Translations under genes and position numbers: made by a program
Shown: positions 1 through 10,352 of the stretch, piece after piece
Layout of the letters: each line of letters starts with the position of its first letter
Numbering within the stretch: position 1 is the first letter of the stretch
Assembly (NCBI GenBank): GCA_902628375.1
Contig: CACOMS010000006.1
Location: forward strand, 5,200-69,199
Direction: 5' to 3'
DNA length: 64,000 nt
DNA from: an uncultured SAR86 cluster bacterium
GTDB taxonomy: Bacteria > Pseudomonadota > Gammaproteobacteria > Magnimaribacterales > Magnimaribacteraceae
Notes under the pieces: generated by a model
The model's database searches: none
Seen by the model: only the letters and a program-made list of their open reading frames with translations
Told to the model about the DNA's origin: nothing

Positions 1-93
1 TTCATATCTTTCCCCATAAATAAATAGTTTTCCTTCTGTAAATATTAGCTTATTTGATAAACTGTCCAATTTCCAGACATTATAATTATTATT

Positions 94-1497
94 ATGCCAA
101 AAATTAGTTACAGAATAGAAAAAGACAGCCTTGGTGAAGTTAAAGTTCCTAGAAAAGCATTATGGGGAGCTCAAACTCAAAGAGCAGTAGATAATTTTCC
201 AATAAGCGGGATAAAAATGGATTTTCCTTTCACTAATTCATTTGTTGATTCCTTGGGATTAATTAAAGATGCGGCTGCAAAGGCAAATAAAAGCTTAGGC
301 CTTCTTCCTGCAAGAAAAGCCAGCGCTATTTCTAAAGCAGCCAAAGAAGTCTGGCAGAGTAAACATAATGAACACTTTCCACTTGATGTTTTTCAAACTG
401 GCTCAGGCACAAGCTCAAATATGAATGCCAATGAAGTGATTGCTAATTTAGCTAGCAAATATAGCGGGTTGGATATAGATCCTAATGACGATGTAAATAT
501 GAGCCAAAGCAGTAACGATGTTATTCCTACTGCCATTAAAGTAAGCGCACATATGGATTTAACTAAGAAGCTTTACCCTGCTTTAGATAAGTTAATATTG
601 AATATAGATAAAAAGGCTGAGAGCTTAGAAGGTCTAGTTAAAACTGGTAGAACGCATTTAATGGATGCTATGCCTATAGATTTTAGCCAGGAACTTTCTG
701 GATGGTCTTCGCAACTGAAGAATTCAAAAGAGACACTTATCTTTTTAGAAAAAAGATTACTAGAACTACCTCTTGGAGGCACAGCTATTGGTACCGGGAT
801 TAATGCACATCCTAGATTTGCCAAAGTGTTTGCAAAAGAGCTATCAAAATTAAGTGGTGGTTCTTGTAAATGTGTCCCAAGTGATAATTTCTTTCATGAA
901 TTAAGTGCACAAGACACCGCCGTTCAAGTTTCAGGAGAATTGAAGAATTTGGCCATAATTTTGATGAAGATATCTAACGACCTTAGATGGATGAATAGCG
1001 GACCCTTATCTGGTTTATCTGAAATCGAACTAAAAGCCCTTCAGCCTGGAAGTAGCATTATGCCAGGCAAAGTAAATCCCGTTATACCTGAAGCTGTAAC
1101 AATGGTAGCTGCAGATGTAATAGGTAATGACGCGACCATAACCGTGGCTGCTCAATCAGGAAACTTCCAACTTAACGTAATGCTACCTGTGGTTGCTTAT
1201 AATCTTCTTAAGAGCATGGCAATCCTTACTGGAGGAATGAATGTTTTAGCTGATAAAGCAATTAAGTCTTTCAAAGTTAATAAAAAATCTATTCAAGCTT
1301 CCTTAGACAGGAATCCAATTTTAGTGACGGCACTTAATCCAATTATTGGTTATGCAAAAGCTGCTGAGATAGCAAAAAAATCTTACAAAGAAGGCAGATC
1401 AGTAATAGATGTCGCTGCAGAGGAAACAGATATACCTCTTTCAAGATTAAAAAGGTTATTAGACCCTAAGAAGTTAACTTCAGGCGGAATAAAGTAA
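94..1497 (+). CDS. fumC: Class II fumarate hydratase (fumarase C)
   Basis: 467 aa; N-terminus 'EKDSLGEVKVPRKALWGAQTQRAVDNF', 'SSNDV', 'TGRTHLMDAMP' and lyase signature 'GSSIMPGKVNP' (GSxxMxxKxN); LWGAQTQR favours fumarase over aspartase. Confidence 0.9.
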   Translation: MPKISYRIEKDSLGEVKVPRKALWGAQTQRAVDNFPISGIKMDFPFTNSFVDSLGLIKDAAAKANKSLGLLPARKASAISKAAKEVWQSKHNEHFPLDVFQTGSGTSSNMNANEVIANLASKYSGLDIDPNDDVNMSQSSNDVIPTAIKVSAHMDLTKKLYPALDKLILNIDKKAESLEGLVKTGRTHLMDAMPIDFSQELSGWSSQLKNSKETLIFLEKRLLELPLGGTAIGTGINAHPRFAKVFAKELSKLSGGSCKCVPSDNFFHELSAQDTAVQVSGELKNLAIILMKISNDLRWMNSGPLSGLSEIELKALQPGSSIMPGKVNPVIPEAVTMVAADVIGNDATITVAAQSGNFQLNVMLPVVAYNLLKSMAILTGGMNVLADKAIKSFKVNKKSIQASLDRNPILVTALNPIIGYAKAAEIAKKSYKEGRSVIDVAAEETDIPLSRLKRLLDPKKLTSGGIK

Positions 1498-1845
1498 ATG
1501 AGTGATCTGGTCACCGAGTCATGTGAGGCTTGTCGTGCAGATGCACCCAAGGTTAGCGATGAAGAATTAGCTGAATTAATTAAAGAAATTCCAAATTGGC
1601 AGCCTATCACAGAAGATAATATTCTAAGACTAAGAAGAACGTTTGAATTTAAAGATTATTTATCAGCACTAGAATTCACTAAAAGTATTGCTCAGATGTC
1701 TGAAGAGGAAGGACATCATCCAGCTATTCTACTTGAATGGGGCAGTGTAGAAATCACTTGGTGGAGTCACAAGATAAAAGGACTTCATCGAAATGACTTT
1801 ATTGCAGCAGCTAAAACCGACAGCATAAGAGAGACTATAAAATAA
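1498..1845 (+). CDS. Pterin-4-alpha-carbinolamine dehydratase (PCD/DCoH family)
   Basis: 115 aa; 'EEEGHHPAILLEWGSVEITWWSHKIKGLHRNDFIAAAK' matches the PCD His-His-Pro core; ATG abuts fumC stop (TAAATG). Confidence 0.85.
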   Translation: MSDLVTESCEACRADAPKVSDEELAELIKEIPNWQPITEDNILRLRRTFEFKDYLSALEFTKSIAQMSEEEGHHPAILLEWGSVEITWWSHKIKGLHRNDFIAAAKTDSIRETIK

Positions 1846-1870
1846 AAAATAAAAGGAATTAGAATTTTAT

Positions 1871-2746
1871 ATGGAAGTTATTAAAGATCAGCCTGATTGG
1901 TTTAAAGAAGCATTAGCAGTTGAACACGTAGACAGCTTCTTAAATATTTCTGGAGCTAATATTCACTACATGGAGTGGGGAGATAAATCAAAGCCTTCAG
2001 TCATTATGGTTCATGGTAATCATGCCCATGCACATTGGTTTGAATTTATAGGGGGTATGCTTGCAGATGAGTATCATTTTGTAGTTATAAGCTTCAGTGG
2101 AATGGGTCTCAGTGATTGGAGGTCACGATATGACAAGTCAACTTTTGTAGAGGACATTTGGGGAGTTGTTAAAGAACTAAAGTTAGATAATCCTGTTGTT
2201 GTAGGACATAGTTTTGGAGGAATGATTTCTTTGGCAACAGCAGAAAAATACAGTGAGGAAATGTCCGCCTTAGTATTGGTAGATTTTATAGTCAGAAAAC
2301 CTGAAAACCATATTGAATGGTACAAAAATATGCCTCCTTCTAGACCGCCTAAAATTAGAGCTTCGAAGGAAGAGTTAATTCAAAGGTTTAGGCTTATGCC
2401 TCCACAAGATTGCGTGAATCAATTCCTGCTTGATTACATAGCTGAAAGATCTATAAGGCAAATAGATCAAGGGTGGAGTTGGTGTTTTGATCCTTCAACT
2501 TACGATCATCTTGAAGTTGGCGATAAACAACACGAAGCTATAAATAATCTTTCGTGCCCAGTAGGGTTTCTGTACGGTGAGAATACTATGGAATTTGATA
2601 CAGGAAATGCCCTTGAACAAATGATTGAGCTTATGCCTGAAGGATCTCCTGTAGTTGGACTTAAGGATGCTCAACACCATCTAATGTTAGATCAGCCTAT
2701 AAATTTTGTAGCTGAATTAGATAAAATGATTAAGGATTTGATTTAA
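1871..2746 (+). CDS. Alpha/beta-fold hydrolase, substrate unknown
   Basis: 291 aa; 'VIMVHGNHAH' oxyanion region and nucleophile elbow 'VVGHSFGGM'. Confidence 0.7.
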   Translation: MEVIKDQPDWFKEALAVEHVDSFLNISGANIHYMEWGDKSKPSVIMVHGNHAHAHWFEFIGGMLADEYHFVVISFSGMGLSDWRSRYDKSTFVEDIWGVVKELKLDNPVVVGHSFGGMISLATAEKYSEEMSALVLVDFIVRKPENHIEWYKNMPPSRPPKIRASKEELIQRFRLMPPQDCVNQFLLDYIAERSIRQIDQGWSWCFDPSTYDHLEVGDKQHEAINNLSCPVGFLYGENTMEFDTGNALEQMIELMPEGSPVVGLKDAQHHLMLDQPINFVAELDKMIKDLI

Positions 2747-3959
2747 GTTCCTCTTCGAAGAACCAAATTGCAATTAAAGGTATTATCAGTATTGAACCAA
2801 GCATAATGAAAGCTAGGTCGTAATTCCCATAGAAATCAAATAACCAAGCCGCTACTAAAGTTCCACTTATTTGAAAAATAGAGATAAAAGGTTGGGCAGC
2901 ACCTCTGGCTTTTCCAAAACTTTTATTGGAGTAAGCTCTATTAAATAATATGTTGCTGAGAGGTAAAGCAGATCCTCCACCAAAACCGAAAAGCATTACT
3001 AAAATAACCATTTGGTAGGGTGTTTCCACAAAGAAAATAGAAAGAATAGCTCCACTTTGGATAATCAAACTAATAGCAACTGCCGCTCTGGCATCTAACT
3101 TATTTTCAACCAACCATCCAAAGATGATCTTGCTGGCTATTGCCGGCATCGCATACATACTAAAAATAAAGGCGGCCCAAGATTGACTCCATCCTTTGCC
3201 TTCAGAGTAGAAAGTAACATGAGATAAGACTCCCATCATTGAACAGAACTGAATGGCAAACACTAAACTCAAGACCCAGAAATTTTTATCTCTAATTAAT
3301 TCTTCGATTGCCCAATCTTTCTCTAAATCGTTTGTATCTATTTCTTCTTTGTCTTCTCCATCGGGAAATTGATTTATCTCTCTTGGGCTGTCGACAATAA
3401 AGAAATGCACAACTGGAATATTGATTGCTAATACAAGAATCCCAAAAATTAGATACGCCTCTCTCCAAGTTAATCCTAGGTCATTCAGAATAAAGCTCGT
3501 TAAATTAGGAAAAACAAATCCAGCAAATGAAACGCCTACAGAAGCTATTCCTAGAGCTCTTCCAGTATATTTTCTAAACCAGACAGAAATAAGTTTGGAT
3601 ACTGAAATATTACCCATCATTGTTACTCCTAAAGCGATCGGTAAAGTAAAGATCATTAGGAAGAAAAAGTACGAAAAGGTGAAATATAGAGAAATGAGAG
3701 ACAGTCCATAAACTAATGCTCCTAAACTTAAGATTCTTTTTATGGATCCAGCATCCAGTGCTTTGCCTATAAAGGGCATAAAGAGAGATGACATAATCAT
3801 AAAGATAGGAATTGGTAGTGATGCAGAGAATCTGCTTAACGAAAATTCTTTAGAGAGCTCTAGAACTACAACAGGAAACGACTGAAAGGAATAACCTACA
3901 GCACAAAAATCCAAGAAAAATGCAAGCGCGACTATCTTCCAACCGAAAAATTTGTTCAT
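2730..3959 (-). CDS. MFS transporter
   Basis: 409 aa, hydrophobic throughout with about 12 helix-length segments and a central charged loop ('DGEDKEEIDTNDLEKD'); 3' end overlaps the convergent hydrolase gene by 17 nt. Confidence 0.7.
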   Translation of the reverse strand: MNKFFGWKIVALAFFLDFCAVGYSFQSFPVVVLELSKEFSLSRFSASLPIPIFMIMSSLFMPFIGKALDAGSIKRILSLGALVYGLSLISLYFTFSYFFFLMIFTLPIALGVTMMGNISVSKLISVWFRKYTGRALGIASVGVSFAGFVFPNLTSFILNDLGLTWREAYLIFGILVLAINIPVVHFFIVDSPREINQFPDGEDKEEIDTNDLEKDWAIEELIRDKNFWVLSLVFAIQFCSMMGVLSHVTFYSEGKGWSQSWAAFIFSMYAMPAIASKIIFGWLVENKLDARAAVAISLIIQSGAILSIFFVETPYQMVILVMLFGFGGGSALPLSNILFNRAYSNKSFGKARGAAQPFISIFQISGTLVAAWLFDFYGNYDLAFIMLGSILIIPLIAIWFFEEELKSNP

Positions 3960-3971
3960 AGTTAATAATTT

Positions 3972-4943
3972 TTAAAGTGATGCTATAGTTTTTTCAGTCT
4001 CTTCCCACAATCTAATGGCTTCATCTGTTTCTATAGCCCAATCTGCTACCCCAACGTATCTAGCGTTTGGACCGTCATCTTGTCTAGCCGCCACATCACA
4101 GTTTTCACAATACACTCCTCCAATTTCATTGAGTTTAGGATTGGTAGCACACCATAGAGTAGTGCTTGCACCTTGAGTGGTTGATTTGAAACCTGCAGCT
4201 GCCATTTCAGATAGCTCTCCATCTTCATTAAGCCATCCCAAAGCTATCATTTCTTCTTGTTGAAGATGTCTCTGTAAAGGGGTAAAGATACCACCAGGAT
4301 GAACAGATAAAGCTCTTATGCCTTCATCTTTCATTCTTGAGTCTAACTCAACTGCCAGTAGACTGGCAGCAGTTTTAGATTGACCATAAGATTGCCATTT
4401 ATCGTAGGATTCTTCGAAATGAATATCACCCCATCTAATACCAGAAAGTTTATGTCCAGTAGAAGAAAGGGTAACTACTCTTGATTCACCAGACTTTAAT
4501 AAAGCAGGAATTAATCCTTTGGTTAGTATGAAATGTCCAATGTGATTGACAGCAAACTGTAAATCCCAACCATTTTCTGTTGGCATTTGAGGACAGGCCA
4601 TCACAGCAGCATTATTAATCAAAATATCAAGACTAGTGCCATTATCGAGAAACTCTTCTACGAATTTATTTACAGATTTAGGATCAGCTAAATCTAAATT
4701 GAGAATATCTTCTTCATTAATAATTCCATTAAGTTCTTTAATGGCGACATCACGTCTTCTTGCAGGAACAATGACTCGAGCTCCACAGTCAGACAATGCT
4801 CTTGTTGTTTCTAGACCAATTCCTGAGTAACCACCCGTCACCAAGGCTGTTTTTCCATTTAGATCTATACCCTCAAGTACATCACTTGGTTCACTTTTAG
4901 CTCCAAAACCTGAATCTAATGGTTGTTGTAATTCTGAGATCAT
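3972..4943 (-). CDS. Short-chain dehydrogenase/reductase (SDR) family oxidoreductase
   Basis: 323 aa; Rossmann 'VTGGYSGIGLET', 'NNAAV', catalytic 'YGQSK' (YxxxK). Confidence 0.8.
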   Translation of the reverse strand: MISELQQPLDSGFGAKSEPSDVLEGIDLNGKTALVTGGYSGIGLETTRALSDCGARVIVPARRRDVAIKELNGIINEEDILNLDLADPKSVNKFVEEFLDNGTSLDILINNAAVMACPQMPTENGWDLQFAVNHIGHFILTKGLIPALLKSGESRVVTLSSTGHKLSGIRWGDIHFEESYDKWQSYGQSKTAASLLAVELDSRMKDEGIRALSVHPGGIFTPLQRHLQQEEMIALGWLNEDGELSEMAAAGFKSTTQGASTTLWCATNPKLNEIGGVYCENCDVAARQDDGPNARYVGVADWAIETDEAIRLWEETEKTIASL

Positions 4944-5018
4944 ATTCTTCCTTAAATTTTAAGATACTATATATTTTATAACTTTATCTAAGTATATAAG
5001 ATTCTAAATTTTACCCTA

Positions 5019-5046
5019 TATAAAAGTTACCTCTTTTCTGTATAAT
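5019..5046 (+). promoter_or_regulatory. Candidate sigma70-type promoter for guaBA (-35 TTTACC, 16-nt spacer, -10 TATAAT)
   Basis: TATAAT at 5041-5046 lies only 6 nt before the guaB ATG (5053); TTTACC at 5019-5024. AT-rich background makes chance matches likely. Confidence 0.25.
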
Positions 5047-5052
5047 TTGAAG

Positions 5053-6528
5053 ATGTTGCGTATAGCAGAACAAGCACTGACATTCGATGACGTAGTTTTG
5101 GTGCCAGAACACTCAGACATTCTTCCCAAGGATGTTGATCTAAAGACTCGCTTAACAAAAAATATCTCTTTAAATATTCCATTGGTTTCGGCTGCCATGG
5201 ATACGGTCACGGAATCTAAGATGGGAATTGCAATCAGTGAATTAGGTGGAATAGGAGTTATTCATAAGAATTTATCGATTCAAGATCAAGCTACTGAAGT
5301 TAGAAAAGTAAAGAAATATGAAAGTGGTGTGGTGAGGGACCCCATAACCATAAGGTCTGATAAACAAGTTGGCGAATTAATACAATTAACGAATGATCTA
5401 AGTATTTCAGGTATGCCAGTTGTCGATGATGGAGAACTAGTAGGAATTGTTACCAGCAGAGATTTTAGGAATGAAAGAAATCTAGGGGCAACGGTTGCTG
5501 AGATTATGACTCCTAAAAATAAGTTAGTTACAGCTAAGGAAGGAGAAGACTTAGAAGTTATTAAAGCACTGCTTCAAGACAACAGAATAGAAAAAATCCT
5601 ATTGGTGGATGAAAAATTTGAATTAACTGGACTAGTAACACTAAAGGACATCAATAAGTCTCTTGATTTTCCTAATGCTGCTAGAGATTCTGAGGGAAGA
5701 TTGATAGTTGGAGCAGCTATTGGAACTAAAGCAGATACGTTGGAGAGAGCTTCTGCTCTAATTGAGTCTGGAGTAGATGTCTTGGTAGTTGATAGTGCCC
5801 ATGGCCATTCGGAAGGGGTATTGAATCAACTTAAGGAGCTGAAATCTGAATTTCCAAATATTGAGCTGATTGGAGGAAATGTAGCTACAGCTGAAGGAGC
5901 CATGGCTCTTGTAAAAGCCGGTGCAGATGCGGTTAAGGTTGGAATTGGTCCAGGATCAATTTGTACAACGAGAATAGTGACTGGGGTTGGAGTACCTCAG
6001 ATAACCGCAGTAGCTAATGTTGCTGATGCTTTAAGATCTAGAGACATCCCAGTTATTGCTGATGGAGGAATTAGATATTCAGGAGATATCGCAAAAGCCA
6101 TTGCTGCTGGAGGTCACAGTGTAATGTTGGGTGGTATTCTTGCAGGAACGGAAGAAGCTCCTGGAGAAGTAGAGCTTTATCAAGGTAGAAGTTATAAGTC
6201 TTATCGAGGTATGGGTTCCATAGGTGCAATGGGTGGAGACCAAGGCTCCTCAGATCGTTATTTTCAAGACAATACTAACGTGAACGAAAAATTAGTACCC
6301 GAAGGTATAGAAGGTAGGGTTCCTTACAAAGGATGGATGGAATCAGTTGTGCATCAAATGATGGGTGGCTTAAGGCAAAGTATGGGTTACACAGGTTCAA
6401 AAGACATTCAAACCATGAGAACCAAACCCAAATTTGTACAAATTACTCATGCCGGTGTTAGTGAAAGTCATGTTCATGATGTAAACGTAACCAAAGAAGC
6501 CCCTAATTATCGAATTACACAAACCTAA
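5053..6528 (+). CDS. guaB: IMP dehydrogenase
   Basis: ATG at 5053 gives the typical N-terminus '[21 protein letters not shown]' (ORF-track TTG at 5047 is two codons upstream); CBS-pair insert; catalytic loop '[11 protein letters not shown]'; 'GGIRYSGD'. Confidence 0.95.
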   Translation: MLRIAEQALTFDDVVLVPEHSDILPKDVDLKTRLTKNISLNIPLVSAAMDTVTESKMGIAISELGGIGVIHKNLSIQDQATEVRKVKKYESGVVRDPITIRSDKQVGELIQLTNDLSISGMPVVDDGELVGIVTSRDFRNERNLGATVAEIMTPKNKLVTAKEGEDLEVIKALLQDNRIEKILLVDEKFELTGLVTLKDINKSLDFPNAARDSEGRLIVGAAIGTKADTLERASALIESGVDVLVVDSAHGHSEGVLNQLKELKSEFPNIELIGGNVATAEGAMALVKAGADAVKVGIGPGSICTTRIVTGVGVPQITAVANVADALRSRDIPVIADGGIRYSGDIAKAIAAGGHSVMLGGILAGTEEAPGEVELYQGRSYKSYRGMGSIGAMGGDQGSSDRYFQDNTNVNEKLVPEGIEGRVPYKGWMESVVHQMMGGLRQSMGYTGSKDIQTMRTKPKFVQITHAGVSESHVHDVNVTKEAPNYRITQT

Positions 6529-8088
6529 ATGGCTAAGAATCTCTTTGCCGATAAGATATTAATTCTTGATTTTGGATCTCAATACACTCAATTAATAGCC
6601 AGAAGAGTTAGGGAATTAGGTGTTTATTGTGAAATCTTTCATCACAAAAGCTCCATAGGATCTATAAAGAAATTTAATCCGAAAGGAATCATACTTTCAG
6701 GAGGGCCTGAAACGGTAAAACAAAAGGGAGCACCAAAGGTAGCTGAAAAAGTATTTGAACTTAATATTCCAATCTTGGGTATTTGCTATGGAATGCAAAC
6801 AATAGCCAACCAGTTAGGAGGAAAAGTAGAACTAGCTAATAAAAGAGAGTTCGGTCATGCAGATTTAAAATTAAGAAATCAAGCAGCTGGTTTATTCAAA
6901 GGAATATCTAAAAAGAACATTAGCGTATGGATGAGTCATGGCGATCATGTTTCTGAATTGCCAAATGGTTTTAAATCTTGTGGAGTTACCTCAAATAGTC
7001 CAATAGCAGCTTTTTTCAATCCTTCTAAGAAAATTTATGGACTTCAATTTCACCCAGAAGTTACTCACACACCGCAAGGCAAAATTATTCTAAAGAATTT
7101 CGTTAGAGAAATTTCGAATTGTAAGGGTTTGTGGACATCCAAAAATATTATTTCAAGAGCAATTAATCAGATAAGAGAAGAGGTTGGTGATCAAGAAGTT
7201 CTTCTTGGGCTATCTGGCGGCGTGGATTCTGCTGTGGTGGCTGCTTTACTTTCTAAAGCTATAGGAGATCAATTAACCTGTATTTTTGTTGATAATGGTT
7301 TGCTGAGACTTAATGAAGGTGATCAGGTAATGAAGACCTTTAAAGGAAAATTTGGGATTAAAGTAAAAAGAGCTAATGCAGGAAATCAATTCCTAAGAGA
7401 TTTAAAAGGAAAAAAAGATCCAGAACATAAACGTAAAGCCATAGGAAAAACCTTTATAGATGTTTTTCTAAAAGAAGCAAAAAGAAATAAAAAAATAAAG
7501 TGGTTAGCTCAAGGAACCATTTATCCAGATGTAATAGAGTCAGCTGGCACTAAAAACGGGTCTGCGCATGTCATTAAATCTCACCACAACGTAGGCGGTT
7601 TACCTAGTTACCTTAACCTTCCTGTTATAGAACCTCTGAAAGATCTTTTTAAGGATGAAGTCAGAAAGATTGGACTTGAACTGGGACTACCGAAAGAAAT
7701 TCTTTTTAGGCATCCTTTTCCAGGTCCTGGTTTAGGTGTACGAATACTTGGAGAAATAAAAAGACCTTATATAAAAATTCTTCAATCAGCTGATGACATA
7801 TTCATAACTGAACTAGTAAATGAGGGCTACTATGACAAGGTCAGTCAGGCTTTCGCTGTTTTTCTACCCGTCAAATCGGTTGGTGTGGTAGGGGACTCCA
7901 GAAGATATGAATACGTTATATCTTTAAGGGCGGTGGAGACAATTGATTTCATGACTGCCAAATCAGCAAAATTACCTCATGCATTTCTAGAAAAAGTATC
8001 AAATAGAATAATTAATGAAATACCTGAAGTTTCTAGGGTAACTTATGATATTTCTAGTAAACCTCCAGCAACTATTGAGTGGGAATGA
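6529..8088 (+). CDS. guaA: GMP synthase (glutamine-hydrolysing)
   Basis: 519 aa; GATase 'GICYGMQ', PP-loop '[10 protein letters not shown]', C-terminal 'KPPATIEWE'; ATG abuts guaB stop. Confidence 0.95.
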   Translation: MAKNLFADKILILDFGSQYTQLIARRVRELGVYCEIFHHKSSIGSIKKFNPKGIILSGGPETVKQKGAPKVAEKVFELNIPILGICYGMQTIANQLGGKVELANKREFGHADLKLRNQAAGLFKGISKKNISVWMSHGDHVSELPNGFKSCGVTSNSPIAAFFNPSKKIYGLQFHPEVTHTPQGKIILKNFVREISNCKGLWTSKNIISRAINQIREEVGDQEVLLGLSGGVDSAVVAALLSKAIGDQLTCIFVDNGLLRLNEGDQVMKTFKGKFGIKVKRANAGNQFLRDLKGKKDPEHKRKAIGKTFIDVFLKEAKRNKKIKWLAQGTIYPDVIESAGTKNGSAHVIKSHHNVGGLPSYLNLPVIEPLKDLFKDEVRKIGLELGLPKEILFRHPFPGPGLGVRILGEIKRPYIKILQSADDIFITELVNEGYYDKVSQAFAVFLPVKSVGVVGDSRRYEYVISLRAVETIDFMTAKSAKLPHAFLEKVSNRIINEIPEVSRVTYDISSKPPATIEWE

Positions 8089-8089
8089 G

Positions 8090-8707
8090 ATGATACAAAT
8101 TCTATTACCGATTCATATTCTTGCAGGAACAATTGCTTTGACTAGTGCTGCTCTTGCAGTTTCATCTGAGAAAGGTAAAAGACTGCATGTGCTTTCAGGT
8201 AGAGCATATTTCTGGAGTATGGTTGTTATCTTTTTAACAGCTATTCCAATGTCGATTATCAGTAGCAACATCTTTTTGTTTTTAATAGCTATCTTTTCTT
8301 TCTATTTAGCTTTTGCAGGAATGCGCTTCGCTAGAAATAGAAAGGGTATCGCAACTACTTTAGATTGGATTGCTGTCAGCTTAATGATTTTATCAGGACT
8401 AGGAATGTTGATATTGGCTTTAATCTATTTCTTGAATAGTAATACGCAATATATCGTGCTTTTGGTTTTCGGATTTTTATCTATTACATTGGGTTATGCT
8501 GATTTTAGGAGTTATAAAAACAATTCTGCGACAGGAAAAGAGAGGATTTCAAGACACTTAACTAATATGATGGGAGGAACTATTGCAGTTATTACAGCTG
8601 TTTTAGTTGTTAACCCCCCTTTTGAACCCGAATGGGTATGGTGGGTGCTTCCAACCGTTATGATAACCCCAGTTATTTTTTGGTGGAATTTTAAAATATT
8701 AAAATGA
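8090..8707 (+). CDS. Integral membrane protein of unknown function (5-6 TM)
   Basis: ATG at 8090, 1 nt (G at 8089) after the guaA stop, gives 'MIQILLPIHILAGTIAL...'; the upstream part of the ORF-track call (8045) lies inside guaA; stop overlaps the next start (ATGA). Confidence 0.6.
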   Translation: MIQILLPIHILAGTIALTSAALAVSSEKGKRLHVLSGRAYFWSMVVIFLTAIPMSIISSNIFLFLIAIFSFYLAFAGMRFARNRKGIATTLDWIAVSLMILSGLGMLILALIYFLNSNTQYIVLLVFGFLSITLGYADFRSYKNNSATGKERISRHLTNMMGGTIAVITAVLVVNPPFEPEWVWWVLPTVMITPVIFWWNFKILK

Positions 8708-9885
8708 AGGTTTTTCGATGGGGATCAAGAGCATTGGACATGTTTCCAGAGGATAATGCTCTGGATAAAACATATAACTATAAGGGAAAGGTTATCATTA
8801 TAGGCGCAGGAGCTTCTGGGTTAGCTGCAGCAAAAATATTACAACAAAACAACATTGATTATCTTATTCTTGAAGCTTCTAACAGATATGGAGGGAGACT
8901 AAAGGAAAACAAAACTTTGGCTGATTTTCCAATCGACTTGGGGGCAGAGTGGATACATCATTTGCCTGCTGTTTTAAATCGTCTTAAGGGTAAACCAGGA
9001 GATTTAGTTGATGAGGAAACCGTTCCTTATAATGCTTTTTATAATATTGATGAAGACTTTGGCTATAGTTCATATGGTAAGATTTTTAGCTGGTTAAAAA
9101 TGAGATTACTTTTTTCCTATAGATTTAAATTTTTCCCTGAATTTAAGTTTAAAAATTCTTCATGGTTTAGTTTTTTGGATAAAAATTTTGCTGAAGAAGT
9201 GAAACACAAGATTGAATTTAACTCTCCTGTTACAAATATTAACTACTCTGAAGACAAAGTAGATGTAGTAACTAAATCTGGGCAGGTTTATAAAGCAGAC
9301 AAAGTACTAGTTACAGTATCGATTGGGGTTTTGAAATCTGACTATATAAATTTCATTCCAGATATCGGTCAAGAAAAGAAAGATGCAATTGAATCTATTA
9401 CTTTTATGCCTGGTTTTAAGTTAGTAATGAAATTTTCAGAAAAATTCTATTCAGATATTATTATGTGCAAAGCTAAAACAGGAGAGAAGGGATATTATGA
9501 TATGGCTTTTAAGAAAGATGCTAAAAGTCATATTTTAGGTTTGCTTGTTCAAGGAAGCGGAGTCGAGGATTTTTACTGTTTAGAATCTGAAGAACAAATA
9601 GTTTTAAAGGCCTTAGAAGAACTGGATAAAATTTATGAAGGAAAAGCATCTAAAGCATATACCGGAGAATATGTTTTTGAAGACTGGGGACGGCATGAAT
9701 TTACACTAGGAACTTGGATAGAATCGTTTCAAATTAATCAGTCAATAATCCAAAAACTAAATGAACCATTGAATGATAAAGTTTTCTTTGCAGGTGAGCT
9801 TTATGATTTACACCATCAGCTAGGTGTTCCTGGAGCTATAGTCTCCGGATATCACTCAATCGATAGACTTTTGACAAACTTATAA
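8704..9885 (+). CDS. Flavin-containing amine oxidase-like oxidoreductase
   Basis: 393 aa; dinucleotide fold 'VIIIGAGASGLAAAKIL..LEASNRYGGR', C-terminal 'VFFAGE'. Confidence 0.7.
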   Translation: MKVFRWGSRALDMFPEDNALDKTYNYKGKVIIIGAGASGLAAAKILQQNNIDYLILEASNRYGGRLKENKTLADFPIDLGAEWIHHLPAVLNRLKGKPGDLVDEETVPYNAFYNIDEDFGYSSYGKIFSWLKMRLLFSYRFKFFPEFKFKNSSWFSFLDKNFAEEVKHKIEFNSPVTNINYSEDKVDVVTKSGQVYKADKVLVTVSIGVLKSDYINFIPDIGQEKKDAIESITFMPGFKLVMKFSEKFYSDIIMCKAKTGEKGYYDMAFKKDAKSHILGLLVQGSGVEDFYCLESEEQIVLKALEELDKIYEGKASKAYTGEYVFEDWGRHEFTLGTWIESFQINQSIIQKLNEPLNDKVFFAGELYDLHHQLGVPGAIVSGYHSIDRLLTNL

Positions 9886-9924
9886 CCCTGATAAAAGTGT
9901 TATAAACTTTTTAGATTAATACTT

Positions 9925-10332
9925 CTAAACAAAGAGTTGAGAATAAGCCATAGAAGCAATCACCAACCATCCTGCTGCAAAAATACAGAACCTTAATAAT
10001 ACTAAGTTAAATGTAAGCTGAACAATTGAATGGATAATTCTTAAAATGACAAAGGCCCAAGCCAATTGGACCATCAGAGCATCAAAATTATTGATTAAAG
10101 CTATGCATATAGTGACTGCATAAAATGCTACTGGTTGCTCAAAAAGGTGATTATAATTATCTGAAGTTCTCTCTACCCAAGCAGGCAGCAATCCCTTTAA
10201 ATCTTTTGTATGAGCCGCATCTTTTTGTGCATTCTTGGTGTATTTAACTCGTCCATAAGCCATTATTAAAAAAATTATAAAAGTCCATAATATTAAAACA
10301 AATACTGGTGATAAAAGTGCTGCTTGATTCAT
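9925..10332 (-). CDS. MAPEG-family membrane protein (membrane glutathione-transferase-like)
   Basis: 135 aa, four hydrophobic helices; 'NHLFEQPVAFY' and 'RIIHSIV' resemble the MAPEG core. Confidence 0.6.
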   Translation of the reverse strand: MNQAALLSPVFVLILWTFIIFLIMAYGRVKYTKNAQKDAAHTKDLKGLLPAWVERTSDNYNHLFEQPVAFYAVTICIALINNFDALMVQLAWAFVILRIIHSIVQLTFNLVLLRFCIFAAGWLVIASMAYSQLFV

Positions 10333-10352
10333 ATACTCTCCCTTTAATTAAT

